Origin: Candidatus Babeliales bacterium
GTDB taxonomy: Bacteria; Babelota; Babeliae; Babelales; JANWKD01
Assembly: GCA_963722075.1 (NCBI GenBank)
Contig: CAVRJM010000001.1
Span: 288,001 to 352,000, forward strand
Direction: 5' to 3'
DNA: 64,000 nt
Part shown: piece by piece, positions 39,570-49,311 of the stretch
How positions within the stretch are numbered: position 1 is the first letter of the stretch
Layout: every line of letters begins with the position of its first letter
The notes under the pieces: generated by a model
The model's input: only the letters and a program-made list of their open reading frames with translations
Databases searched by the model: none
What the model was told of the DNA's origin: nothing
Made by a program: the position numbers and the translations under genes

Positions 39570-40061
39570 TTGATGATTATTATTTCATGTATTAATAACA
39601 TACTGTTATTGGTGTTAGCATTTTTTTTATCAGGATGCCAAAATGCTGATACCAAAAAAGCGCCATCTTTTGTTATTGTGAACGTGCTTGATAAAGAATA
39701 CTTTGATGATTGTCATATCAAGGGATCAGTACATGTTCCTTTTGGTGATTTAAAAGAATATGCACTACAATATTGGGATAAGGATAACACGCAAATAGTG
39801 ATTCATTGCAGCAACTATTCGTGCGGTGCAAGTTTTGAAGGATATAAAATAGTATCGCAACTAGGTTTTAAAAATGTGTGGGCTTTTGAAGGCGGTACTG
39901 CCGAAGCAAAAGAAGCTGGCATTCCAGTGGAAGGACCATGTAGTGAACCGTATTTAAAAGAATATAAAAAACCTGAACATTATGTAGAACGTCAAGCAGT
40001 TGCAACAATTTCTGTTGAAGAATTGAAGAAAAAAATGGAAGAATTTGCGATAAAACCATAA
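39570..40061 (+). CDS. Rhodanese-like domain protein, probable lipoprotein
   Basis: HIKGS, active-loop IHCSNYSCGAS, GFKNV..FEGG; LSG|C lipobox. Confidence 0.8.
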   Translation: MMIIISCINNILLLVLAFFLSGCQNADTKKAPSFVIVNVLDKEYFDDCHIKGSVHVPFGDLKEYALQYWDKDNTQIVIHCSNYSCGASFEGYKIVSQLGFKNVWAFEGGTAEAKEAGIPVEGPCSEPYLKEYKKPEHYVERQAVATISVEELKKKMEEFAIKP

Positions 40062-40093
40062 TCGTGATATTATTGCGTGGGTAAAAGGTGATT

Positions 40094-40167
40094 GGCGGCA
40101 TAGCCAAGTGGTAAGGCATGGGACTGCAAATCCTTGATCCCCGGTTCGAATCCGGGTGCCGCCTCCA
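40094..40167 (+). tRNA. tRNA-Cys(GCA)
   Basis: Cloverleaf GGCGGCA.../TGCCGCC, anticodon loop CTGCAAA, GGTTCGAATCC, encoded CCA. Confidence 0.97.
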
Positions 40168-40194
40168 TGTAGAAGTAAAATCATTGAATTATTA

Positions 40195-40280
40195 GCCGGG
40201 GTGGCGGAATGGTAGACGCAAAGGACTTAAAATCCTTCGGAGGTTTCTCCGTGCCGGTTCGAGTCCGGCCCTCGGCACCA
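40195..40280 (+). tRNA. tRNA-Leu(TAA)
   Basis: GCCGGGG.../CCTCGGC, anticodon loop CTTAAAA, long variable arm, encoded CCA. Confidence 0.97.
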
Positions 40281-40309
40281 GTCATTTCCTTCAGAAATGC
40301 CTGGCAGGC

Positions 40310-40353
40310 CAGTCACGCCATAGCTCAAAATGAGCGAAGACTGTCCGTCATAA
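40310..40353. repeat. Degenerate small palindromic repeat, possibly related to the nested insert at 28345
   Basis: CAGTC-ACGCCATAGCTC-AAAAT-GAGCGAA-GACTG hairpin downstream of tRNA-Leu. Confidence 0.4.
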
Positions 40354-40511
40354 TTTTTTAGTGCGTGAAGAACAAATAAAAAACGAATTTTAAAAAAAAA
40401 TTTGACAAATTTATTACACATACTATTGTACAAATAAGTACTAATATTTTTCACCGTAATAATTAAGGTAAAATAAATAAATTTAAGCTGATAGCTTACA
40501 AAGGAAAGCAT

Positions 40512-40787
40512 ATGAATAAAGCGATGTTAGTTGAACGCATGGCGAAATTATCTAAAGAATCTAAAGCAACTGCTAAAAGATGTTTAGAAGCTTTTATGGA
40601 TGCAGTTGGTGAAGTATTGAAAAAAAATGGGCAAATTACCTTAACTGGATTTGGTAGCTTTTCAGTAATGAAAAGAAAAGCTCGTATGGGCGTGAATCCA
40701 GTAACCCGTAAAAAAATGCAAATTCCTGCAACTAAAGTTCCTAAATTTAAGGCAGGAAAAGAGCTTAAAGGATTAGTTGCTAAATAA
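40512..40787 (+). CDS. hup: DNA-binding protein HU
   Basis: MNKA.L, GFGSF, RKARMGVNP.T, VPKFKAGK.LK. Confidence 0.96.
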   Translation: MNKAMLVERMAKLSKESKATAKRCLEAFMDAVGEVLKKNGQITLTGFGSFSVMKRKARMGVNPVTRKKMQIPATKVPKFKAGKELKGLVAK

Positions 40788-40814
40788 AAATATTTAGTTA
40801 ATCAAAAGCTGGTA

Positions 40815-40853
40815 AGAGGAAGAATAAAAAATTTATTCTTCCTCTTTTTTTTT
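40815..40853 (+). terminator. Intrinsic terminator after hup
   Basis: AAGAGGAAGAATAAA...TTTATTCTTCCTCTT stem followed by a T-run. Confidence 0.85.
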
Positions 40854-40970
40854 GTTTATTGCAACTCTTTGATAATTGTGAGTATACTTTCTATAGCTTA
40901 ATATAGATCGATAAAAATTTTCGAACTATACCTCATTTTTATAGTAAATTGCCAGAATAAGGATTATTGC

Positions 40971-41357
40971 ATGTCCCGCGCTACTAAAGTACAAGCAAAT
41001 TGGTTTGATGTGATGAAAGATAAAATCACTAATTTTTTTGAATCATTTGATTTTTCTAATGAAAATTTGATTCGTATAGCAATTGCAACAGGAATTGGTT
41101 TTGGACTTGGTATTTCGTTTAAAAAATTTGGGTCATTAATCTTTATTGGTATTGTTCTTACAGCACTTTCTTTATATGGTCTTGAACAATTTGAGTTTAT
41201 TACGGTTAATTTAGAAAAAATAAAATTTTTTTTAGGTTTCACGTATAAGGCCACTTTATATGATGTGGTAAATATATATCTTGATTGGATAAAAAATCAT
41301 ATGATTTTATCAGTAAGCTTTTGCATAGGCGTTCTTGTTGGTTATAGAGTAGGATAG
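40971..41357 (+). CDS. FUN14-like small membrane protein
   Basis: G.GF.LG..FKK, hydrophobic helix, I.VN.EK, C-terminal F..G...G pattern. Confidence 0.6.
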   Translation: MSRATKVQANWFDVMKDKITNFFESFDFSNENLIRIAIATGIGFGLGISFKKFGSLIFIGIVLTALSLYGLEQFEFITVNLEKIKFFLGFTYKATLYDVVNIYLDWIKNHMILSVSFCIGVLVGYRVG

Positions 41358-41368
41358 AGGTACATACA

Positions 41369-41911
41369 ATGAACAAAGGGTTTGTAGATGAAATTTGTTC
41401 AATCTTACAAAAAAATAAGGTTATTTCTCCTCAAGAAGCAAATGATTTAAAAAAAAATTTTGCAAACCGATCTCAAATAGCCTTTGATGATTTCTTACTG
41501 GAAGAAGGCTTGGTTACTAAAGAAGACATATTAAAAGCATTAAGTAGTTATTATCAGGTTCCATACATTGATCCCGTTGGCTATTTCTTTGATCACTATT
41601 TATTAGTGAAATTCCCTAAAGATTTCTTACTCAGAAATTTAATAATACCGATTGAAGTCTTAGAAGATACTATATTAATGGTTGCTGCTAATAATCCTTC
41701 AAATGAAAATTTACTGCCGCTTATAGGGAAATATGTTTCCTACGATATTGAATTTCGGGTGGCCATTGCTTCTGAAATTGTTGAAAGCGTAGAAGATTTT
41801 TATGATAAATCACTAACAGATTTGCCGCTTGATGATGAGGCAGTGCCTGAAAAACAAAAAGAAATTGAAAAAGAAGCGCAAGAAATGATTGATGAAAGCC
41901 CTGAGGACTAA
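41369..41911 (+). CDS. Stand-alone GspE/PilB N-terminal domain (MshEN/GSPII_N-like)
   Basis: LLEEGLVTKEDILKALS, VPYID, P......LIIP, LMVAANNP. Confidence 0.7.
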   Translation: MNKGFVDEICSILQKNKVISPQEANDLKKNFANRSQIAFDDFLLEEGLVTKEDILKALSSYYQVPYIDPVGYFFDHYLLVKFPKDFLLRNLIIPIEVLEDTILMVAANNPSNENLLPLIGKYVSYDIEFRVAIASEIVESVEDFYDKSLTDLPLDDEAVPEKQKEIEKEAQEMIDESPED

Positions 41912-41916
41912 ACACC

Positions 41917-43095
41917 ATGCTTGGGGTAGTAGCCAATAAAGACACATCCTCAATCATTCAACAAGTTGACGACATTATTATTGCAGCTGTACAGCGCAAT
42001 GCTTCCGATATTCATTTGGAATCACAGTTACATGGTTTTTTAATTCGCTTTAGAATTGATGGTATTTTAAACGATTATCAACGCATAAATTCATTATTTT
42101 CATTACAGATTATTTCACGAATAAAGATTTTAGCTCATATCAATATAGCTGAAAAGCGCCTTCCACAGGATGGAAAATTTCAAATAACCTACAAAAACAA
42201 TACCATAGATTTGCGTGTTTCGACATTTCCTTCTATTTATGGCGAGAAAATTGTTATTCGGATTTTAGATCGTATTAATCATTCAATTGCGCTTGGTAAT
42301 TTAGGATTCCAAGAAACTATTTTAAAGCAGTTTCAACAGCTTATTAATCATGCCTATGGTTTTGTATTAGTTACTGGGCCAACCGGATCAGGTAAAACTA
42401 CAACACTTTACGCTGCGCTCAAAACTATTAATAGTGCTGAAAAACATATTATCACGTTGGAAGATCCCGTTGAATATCATGTAGAAGGGGTGACGCAAGG
42501 TCAGATACATACTGAAGCTGGTTTTACCTTTGAAAAAGGAATGCGTGCATTATTGCGGCAAGATCCTGATATTGCAATGGTAGGTGAAATTCGAGATAAA
42601 CAAACGGCCCATATTGCTATTGAAGCAGCACTTACCGGGCATTTAGTTTTTAGTACGCTTCACACCAATGGTGCACCAGAAGCAGTGATGCGTCTTATGG
42701 ATATGGGCATTGAGCCTTTTTTAATTAATGCCTCTGTTACGGGCATTTTGGCACAACGATTAGCACGAAAAATTTGCATCAATTGCCGTGTTGAATATGT
42801 TCCTTCAGTTGATGAAAAAGAAATTTTAAATAAATTACCATTTACTATAGAAACTTTATACAAAGGATTTGGCTGTGATTTCTGTTTTCATCTAGGTTAT
42901 AAAGGTCGTATCGGTATATTTGAATTATTACTTATGAATGATGAACTACGTCATTTAATTATTAAAAATCCTAATTTTGAAACCATCCACAAACAAGCAG
43001 TGGCGAGTGGCATGCAAACATTGCTTTATGATGCTGCGTATAAGATGCGGCAGGGGATTATCTCATTAGCTGAATTAATGCGCGTTATTTTATAA
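41917..43095 (+). CDS. GspE/PilB-family secretion/pilus ATPase (without its N-terminal domain)
   Basis: ASDIH, RLPQDG, GPTGSGKTTT, TLEDPVE, LRQDPD, GEIRD, TGHLVFSTLH, CxxC...CxxC. Confidence 0.93.
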   Translation: MLGVVANKDTSSIIQQVDDIIIAAVQRNASDIHLESQLHGFLIRFRIDGILNDYQRINSLFSLQIISRIKILAHINIAEKRLPQDGKFQITYKNNTIDLRVSTFPSIYGEKIVIRILDRINHSIALGNLGFQETILKQFQQLINHAYGFVLVTGPTGSGKTTTLYAALKTINSAEKHIITLEDPVEYHVEGVTQGQIHTEAGFTFEKGMRALLRQDPDIAMVGEIRDKQTAHIAIEAALTGHLVFSTLHTNGAPEAVMRLMDMGIEPFLINASVTGILAQRLARKICINCRVEYVPSVDEKEILNKLPFTIETLYKGFGCDFCFHLGYKGRIGIFELLLMNDELRHLIIKNPNFETIHKQAVASGMQTLLYDAAYKMRQGIISLAELMRVIL

Positions 43096-43210
43096 TAGTG
43101 ACGTTGGATACATAATTCATTGTTATAGTAATTATCATTTATTGTAAAATTAATTCACCTTGATAAAATGATTAATCAAGTTAATAAATGATAATGATGA
43201 AAGGCGAAGT

Positions 43211-43735
43211 ATGATTAAAAAATTTGGTATGGTAATGATATTAAGTGGTTGTGTGATGATGAATATGCAGGGTATGAATGTTTTCAATCCAGAAGAGAAA
43301 GCTGATTTAGAAAAACTAAATTCTGCTAAGGAACAAGAAGCTACTGCAGTGGCGCAAGATGTTGTACAGAAAAAAGATACTAAAAAAAAGTTGGATAATA
43401 AATGTGAGCAAGAAGGTGCCACTGCTAAATATGAAGCATTAAAAAGAGGGGATTGGGATATTTTTAATGAAATATCAGAGAAAGATCCTAATTTAGATTG
43501 CGATTTGCATAAAGCATTAAAAGAAGGAGAGATAAAAATCGCTCAAGAAATTGATAATCGTGATAATTACCGAAAAGCGATTATTAAAAATTATGAAGCT
43601 AACCGGTGGAATCCATTTATGTTACATGTTTTATCAGTTGCAACTGGAGCCGCTATGGTAGGAAGTGCCTGGTTATTTAAAGTATATATACTTGGCGGTG
43701 CTGCAGTACAAGCAACTAATGGTACCGGAAATTAA
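43211..43735 (+). CDS. Secreted hypothetical protein with C-terminal TM helix
   Basis: Signal peptide ending MQG|MN; hydrophobic C-terminal segment. Confidence 0.65.
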   Translation: MIKKFGMVMILSGCVMMNMQGMNVFNPEEKADLEKLNSAKEQEATAVAQDVVQKKDTKKKLDNKCEQEGATAKYEALKRGDWDIFNEISEKDPNLDCDLHKALKEGEIKIAQEIDNRDNYRKAIIKNYEANRWNPFMLHVLSVATGAAMVGSAWLFKVYILGGAAVQATNGTGN

Positions 43736-43740
43736 TCATT

Positions 43741-44091
43741 ATGAAAAAAATAATAATAATTTTTTTATGTATTAGTTACTCTTTTGCAGCTTCAGATCAA
43801 ACGCAAAATCCTCATCAAAAACAAGTTGATTCTTTTATAAAAGCGGTTCGTAAAAAAAATTTTGAATCGATTTTATCAAAAATAAAGGAAGATCCAACTA
43901 TTTTAACCAGATCATATGCACAGTTAAAAGAAGAGAATGATTACGAGCATGCCGAGACTGTTCTTTTTTACAAAACATTATCAGAACCAAGCTTCGATCC
44001 AATTAAAATAGGAGCAGGAGTATGTGTCGGAGCGTGTGGCTTGGCTATAGCGTACTTTGTATTTTGTATTGGTAGGATGATTAGTTTATAG
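43741..44091 (+). CDS. Secreted hypothetical protein with C-terminal TM helix
   Basis: Signal peptide ending SFA; IGAGVCVGACGLAIAYFVFCIG tail. Confidence 0.65.
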   Translation: MKKIIIIFLCISYSFAASDQTQNPHQKQVDSFIKAVRKKNFESILSKIKEDPTILTRSYAQLKEENDYEHAETVLFYKTLSEPSFDPIKIGAGVCVGACGLAIAYFVFCIGRMISL

Positions 44092-44164
44092 GTACTGTTG
44101 TTTAGGTTTTAAATATCTACAAATATACAAAAACTTGGTTCAAATAATATGAATTTGCAAATAT

Positions 44165-44395
44165 ACGTCGTTACGAGCTTGTCGAAGCAATCCAGGTTCT
44201 TTAACATTTTTCAGCTCTTATGACTTTTATTATAATTGTTCAGATAATATAATCTTATTGATTTGATGAGTATAATCCTTATTTATTGTTTGATTAGAAA
44301 TTTATGTTGTGCAATCATCGTTTCTTATATGTTCGAAGATTAAGCTGATTTCATTTAATTTAGCCTGGATTGCTTCGACAAGCTCGCAACGACGT
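44165..44395. repeat. Long-spacer inverted-repeat element (REPIN/MITE-like)
   Basis: 32-bp arms ACGTCGTT[A/G]CGAGCTTGTCGAAGCAATCCAGG with one mismatch, around a ~167-bp AT-rich spacer. Confidence 0.88.
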
Positions 44396-44571
44396 TTTTT
44401 TAAAAACAGACTTTTTAAGCTTTGAGCATATGCTATTCAAAAACTCAATAAATCCTAGCTATTATAAATATAATTAGGTAATAATTTTTTCTAAGCTTGT
44501 AAAAAGATATACATATAGTAATCTATATTAGATTTTATATATACAATAATTACAACGTAAGGGATTTATTT

Positions 44572-45114
44572 ATGAATAAATATACATTTTATATGTTACT
44601 ATTAACTATTTCTGGTATTGCAGGTAATTATGCTGCAGATAACATAAAAAAAACGTTATTTGAAAAACCAGTTGAAACGAACGCAAAAGAAAACGCCAAT
44701 GATAAAGAAAAAATAAATCAAGAAAAAAAATCAGAAAATGGTAAAGCGAGTGCGCATGCCTATCTTTCTTATAGCCAGGGCCATTTAAATTTTGGCGAAT
44801 TTTCTGAGGAAAGGGTTGAAGAATTTTTACAATATATGAAAAAAGATGGCAGATTAAATCCTGTAATGGCGCATTCAATTAAAGATAAAACAAAAGATAA
44901 GGATAAAAATATCGGACAAGAGTTGATATTTTTAAAAAAATTTAAAAAGGCAGTTCGCTTTCAACAAAAAGAAGAATTAAAAAAATTACGGGAAGAAATA
45001 AATAAAAAAGAAGATTCGTCCCCAATTTTAATGGCAATAGTTCTAGGTGGTGTTGCAATGGGCGCATCGGCTGTTTTGGTGGTTGGTGCGGCCTTTATTC
45101 TTTCTCGTAGATAA
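44572..45114 (+). CDS. Secreted hypothetical protein with C-terminal TM helix and basic tail
   Basis: Signal peptide ending NYA; K/E-rich body; TM helix followed by SRR. Confidence 0.65.
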   Translation: MNKYTFYMLLLTISGIAGNYAADNIKKTLFEKPVETNAKENANDKEKINQEKKSENGKASAHAYLSYSQGHLNFGEFSEERVEEFLQYMKKDGRLNPVMAHSIKDKTKDKDKNIGQELIFLKKFKKAVRFQQKEELKKLREEINKKEDSSPILMAIVLGGVAMGASAVLVVGAAFILSRR

Positions 45115-45117
45115 ATT

Positions 45118-45702
45118 ATGATGAAAATCTTACCACGATCATTTTATGCACGTGCTACTGCAAAGGTAGCACGTGATTTACTTGGTAAGAAATTGGTGCG
45201 GGTAATTAATGATACCGTTCTGAGTGGTATTATTGTAGAAACTGAAGCATACGAAATTAATGATCCCGCATGCCACGCATTTCGCGGTAAAACGGTAGCA
45301 AATCACGCGCTCTTTGAAACGGTAGGGCACGCGTATATCTACTTTATTTATGGCAATCATTTTTGTTTTAATATTGTTTCTCGTGCCGATATCTGTAAAG
45401 CGGGTGGTGTTCTAATCCGTGCATTAGAGCCAGTTGAAGGCATCGAAATAATGCAGCAATTTCGACCTACCACCAGTATAAAAAATCTAACTAATGGCCC
45501 GGGCAAATTAGCTCAAGCGTTACATATTACTAAAGAACTGTATGGTGTTGACGTTACTCATAAAGGGCCGCTGTATATTGTTAGTGATGAATCATATACT
45601 CCATTTTCTATTATTTCGGGCGAGCGAATTGGTATTAGTAAAGGGCAAGAAGTACCCTGGCGTTTTTATATAAAAGATAATCCGTTTGTTTCGAGGCGTT
45701 AG
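45118..45702 (+). CDS. mpg: DNA-3-methyladenine glycosylase (Mpg/AAG family)
   Basis: IVETEAY, YIYFIYG.H.CFN, VLIRALEP, NGPGKL, RIGI. Confidence 0.93.
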   Translation: MMKILPRSFYARATAKVARDLLGKKLVRVINDTVLSGIIVETEAYEINDPACHAFRGKTVANHALFETVGHAYIYFIYGNHFCFNIVSRADICKAGGVLIRALEPVEGIEIMQQFRPTTSIKNLTNGPGKLAQALHITKELYGVDVTHKGPLYIVSDESYTPFSIISGERIGISKGQEVPWRFYIKDNPFVSRR

Positions 45703-45805
45703 TAAATTTTTTTTTATTTATTTAAACTAGGTCTGTTCAGTTTTATTTGTTTAATTTCTTAATAAACGCAAGAATTTACTCTATTGATGAAAATTATTAA
45801 GAGGA

Positions 45806-45885
45806 CGTCGTTGCGAGCTTGCCGAAGCAATCCAGGTTTCTTGAAAATTTTAGCCTGGATCCCCACGCTATCGCTCGGGACGACA
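45806..45885. repeat. REP/RPE-like palindromic element (hybrid subtype)
   Basis: Approximate reverse complement of 13931-14013. Confidence 0.85.
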
Positions 45886-45903
45886 ATCATAACGAAAGGG
45901 ATT

Positions 45904-46506
45904 ATGATGAAAAAATTAATTTTTATTGTTGCTTTACTAATGCAACAAGTTTGTCACCCGAATGGCATGATTACGGCAATGCAATCATTGCACGATAATT
46001 TAGTACAGCATGAAGCATTTGCTTCTTTGCAACTTTCTGAACAACATACAATGGAATTTAGCGAGCTTTTTTATAGATTGGGCGAGTTATTAGATGGGGC
46101 ATTGTACAATGAAGAGCTAAATGAAAAAGGAAAAGAATTTGTTGAGCGCTATAAAGAATTTAAGGGAACTGAGCGATTACAGTTTTCGGTAAACATTGGC
46201 CTAAGAGATATGCAAGAAGAAGATACAGTAAAAGATAACGCGCAAAAAATTTTATTAAATATTCGTGATATTCGTACATTTAGTATGCAGCTCACAGAGG
46301 AAGAACAAGTAAGATTTGCGCTCTTTTTAGATGAGGTTTTTGCAGTTGCTCAAAAGGCAATAGAGTCATTTGAAGAAATAATCAATAGTTATGATCAATC
46401 GCTTATGCAATCAATTAGATCAATATTAGCTGAACAGCAGCAAGTTTTGATGTTCTCCTTCCAAATAGATTTTCCGGATTTATCATATACATACATAATT
46501 GGTTAA
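45904..46506 (+). CDS. Secreted hypothetical acidic protein
   Basis: Start re-called after the GAAAGGG RBS (MMKKLIFIVALL signal peptide); the upstream extension is a translated repeat. Confidence 0.65.
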   Translation: MMKKLIFIVALLMQQVCHPNGMITAMQSLHDNLVQHEAFASLQLSEQHTMEFSELFYRLGELLDGALYNEELNEKGKEFVERYKEFKGTERLQFSVNIGLRDMQEEDTVKDNAQKILLNIRDIRTFSMQLTEEEQVRFALFLDEVFAVAQKAIESFEEIINSYDQSLMQSIRSILAEQQQVLMFSFQIDFPDLSYTYIIG

Positions 46507-46554
46507 ATTAGAATTCTAAATTTCTCATTATAAAATTTTGACTTTATTTTATAA

Positions 46555-46631
46555 CTGGATTCTTACGACCTAAAGGTCTCAGAATGACAAATAAACTTTA
46601 ATGTCATCCTGAGCGTAGCGTAAGGATCCAG
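46555..46631. repeat. REP/RPE-like element with arms in swapped order
   Basis: CTGGATTCTTACG...CTCAGAATGACA then TGTCATCCTGAGCG...GGATCCAG; the left arm is nearly the reverse complement of the 12018 left arm. Confidence 0.85.
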
Positions 46632-46663
46632 CTAATATGATATTTATTTCAAAATAACTAGTA

Positions 46664-48379
46664 TCAAAATTCTTGTTCCCTTTTATTCATATATAATCGA
46701 TAATGCATCAAGAAGTTTTTTGCAAGACGTTTAGCCGGTTGCGTATTGCGGGCATGTTCTAATAAAATTACCAACGTAAGAGGTTTATGGTCTTTATAAT
46801 TAAAATAAGCTACAAACCACGCATGCGGTAAGGTGAAATATGAATCACTCTTTTGCTTAGAAAGTTCTGTAACTTGAGCAGTCCCGGTTTTTGCAAACAC
46901 TGTAATATCTTCAATATGACTCACTTCTCTACCCGTACCAATACGAACTACTGATTTCATTGATTTTTGCAAAAATTTTCGCGTAGCAAATAATATATTG
47001 AGGGGTTTAATAGTCACCGGTTCATGCTCTAGAATGCGAGGCCTTACTAAATATCCTTGAAATATACTTGAAATTATACACGCAATTTGAATAGGGGTAG
47101 CTTGTAAATAACTTTGTCCAATAGAACATGATAACGTTTCGCCAGGCCACCACGGTTCGCCTTTTTCTTGCCTTTTCCAACGAGTGGTAGGAACTAATCC
47201 TTCTTGTTCGGGAAACATAATATTTAATTTTTGTCCTAACCCAAATCTAAAGGCGTAATCGGCTAAAATATCAATTGGCATTTTAGTTGCAATTTGATAA
47301 AAAAGAATATTGCATGATTTTGCTAATGCATCTTTGGTAGATAATTGACCATGACCTGAGCGGCGATCACAATAATAATATCTGCCTTTAAAGCGAAAAT
47401 AACCGGGGCAATAGAGGTGATCATGCATGCTTATAATATTATGTTCTAACGCAGCACTGGTAGTGATTAATTTAAAAATGGAAGCAGGTGGATAACATGC
47501 ATAAAATGCACGATTTAAAAAAATATTTTTTTCTTTAAGCGTATTCCATTCATTGACGGGTATAGGATCTAAAAAGATGGAGGGATCGAAATTAGGTCGA
47601 GACAGCAATGCTTTAAGTGCTCCTGATTCTGGATCCATCAAAATAAAAGCACCATTATATTCGGCAGGAAATAAGGATTCAGCTATTTGTTGTAAATTAA
47701 TATCAAGGGTCGTAATAATATTTTGTCCTGCTAGCGCAGCGGTAATTTTGTTTTCTTTAATTTTCACCCCTAATGAATTAATTGTTTTAATTAGTTTTCC
47801 TTGCTTGCCCTGCAACTGATCATGAACTATTTTTTCTAATCCCATTTTACCAATTGGTTCAAGGGTATTAAGTGAACTTAAATGTCCTAAAATATGGCTT
47901 GCCATCTTTTGATAGGGATAATACCGTTTAAAATGATTGGAAATGATAATATTGGGATTATTGGGAAAGAGTTCAATAATTTTGCTTAATTGAGAAAAAG
48001 TTACATCTGAAGCAATTATTACGGTTGAGCCATTTTTTTCTGCTTCCATTATTTTTTCTACGGGTAGTTCAAGAAGTAAAGCCAGTTGTTGCATAATAGG
48101 TGCTTGCTTTGGCGAAATTGTTTTATTTCCTGAACCTTTCCAATAAAGGGTAGTTACGGGGCGATTGGTAGCAAGTAAAATGCCATTACAATCTAAAATG
48201 TTACCGCGGGGCGGGGCGATTGGTTCATTCTTTAGAAAATTTTTCACCCCTCTTAAAAAGAATACGTCCATTTGTATGATTTGTAAGTAAAAAAGGCGAC
48301 CAATAATAATGAAGAGTGCTAGCACCACCCAGTAAATAATAATGCGTACCTTCTTATTAAAATGATAGGTAAAATCCAT
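46664..48379 (-). CDS. mrdA: Penicillin-binding protein 2
   Basis: N-terminal TM, PRG.ILD, SxxK (SIFK), SCN, KTGT. Confidence 0.92.
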   Translation of the reverse strand: MDFTYHFNKKVRIIIYWVVLALFIIIGRLFYLQIIQMDVFFLRGVKNFLKNEPIAPPRGNILDCNGILLATNRPVTTLYWKGSGNKTISPKQAPIMQQLALLLELPVEKIMEAEKNGSTVIIASDVTFSQLSKIIELFPNNPNIIISNHFKRYYPYQKMASHILGHLSSLNTLEPIGKMGLEKIVHDQLQGKQGKLIKTINSLGVKIKENKITAALAGQNIITTLDINLQQIAESLFPAEYNGAFILMDPESGALKALLSRPNFDPSIFLDPIPVNEWNTLKEKNIFLNRAFYACYPPASIFKLITTSAALEHNIISMHDHLYCPGYFRFKGRYYYCDRRSGHGQLSTKDALAKSCNILFYQIATKMPIDILADYAFRFGLGQKLNIMFPEQEGLVPTTRWKRQEKGEPWWPGETLSCSIGQSYLQATPIQIACIISSIFQGYLVRPRILEHEPVTIKPLNILFATRKFLQKSMKSVVRIGTGREVSHIEDITVFAKTGTAQVTELSKQKSDSYFTLPHAWFVAYFNYKDHKPLTLVILLEHARNTQPAKRLAKNFLMHYRLYMNKREQEF

Positions 48380-49311
48380 TAATTACCTGATCCTTTTTTT
48401 TTAAAAGTAAATTGATGAGATGGATGTGCTTGATCACACAGCGTTATTAATTCTTGCGCTGATACGTGAATATATTTCTCGGTACTTCCTAATGTTTTAT
48501 GTCCTAAAAGCTCTTGAATAGCGCGTAAATCAACCCCTTGATTTAATAAATGAGTAGCAAAGGAGTGTCTTAATTTATGAGGGCTAATTGAGCGTTCTGT
48601 TTTTAAGCATCTGCCAAACATATTTATAATTCGTTGAATTGAGCGGCTGGTGAGTGGTTCATTAGCAGTATTAACGAATAAATAATTATGGGTATCAGTA
48701 ATAGAGACGCGTTCTTTTTCTATATATTTAGTGATACTGACGTGCGCTTTAGAACCAAAAAGAACTAACCGTTCCTTATTTCCTTTTCCCTTAATTCGTA
48801 TAATTTTATTATTAAAATCAATATCGTTAATTTTTATATTTATTAATTCAGAGCAACGGACTCCCGTAGCATATAATAATTCAAAAATAGCTTTATCACG
48901 TAATGGTTTTTTGGTAGGTAAATCAGTTTCTTTTACGGCATCTAATAAATGGAAAATTTCATCAACGGTAAGATATATCGGTAACTTTTTTTCAAGACGA
49001 GGGCGAACTAGGTGTAAATTAAGCGCAATATGTTGCTTCAATAAAAATTTTTCAAAAGATTGAAAGGTAGATAATTTACGGGCAATAGAGTTTTTACTCA
49101 TTTTTTTATGATATAACGAAATTAATAAACGTTCTATTATTTGTTTAAAGGGAATTTCAGCGGATTGTTCTTTTATGATTCGCTGCCAAAAATACAAAAG
49201 TTGTGTAAGATCATTTAAATAAGCACGTAATGTATTTTCTGATAAATTTTTTTCAATTTCATTAAAAGTAATGAATTCTGCAATTTTTTCTTCAAAATCT
49301 TTTAAGGTCAT
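48379..49311 (-). CDS. xerC: Tyrosine recombinase XerC/XerD (start 49311 preferred over 49368)
   Basis: LYATGVRCSEL, GKGNKER, HKLRHSFATHLL..G.DLR.IQELLGH, TEKY. Confidence 0.88.
   Translation of the reverse strand: MTLKDFEEKIAEFITFNEIEKNLSENTLRAYLNDLTQLLYFWQRIIKEQSAEIPFKQIIERLLISLYHKKMSKNSIARKLSTFQSFEKFLLKQHIALNLHLVRPRLEKKLPIYLTVDEIFHLLDAVKETDLPTKKPLRDKAIFELLYATGVRCSELINIKINDIDFNNKIIRIKGKGNKERLVLFGSKAHVSITKYIEKERVSITDTHNYLFVNTANEPLTSRSIQRIINMFGRCLKTERSISPHKLRHSFATHLLNQGVDLRAIQELLGHKTLGSTEKYIHVSAQELITLCDQAHPSHQFTFKKKGSGN

Noticed and set aside
45784..45903. In-frame palindromic element coding an N-terminal extension (RPE-in-protein)
   Set aside because: A good RBS and signal peptide start at 45904; the upstream TTG/ATG lacks an RBS, so the extension is probably a chance open frame.
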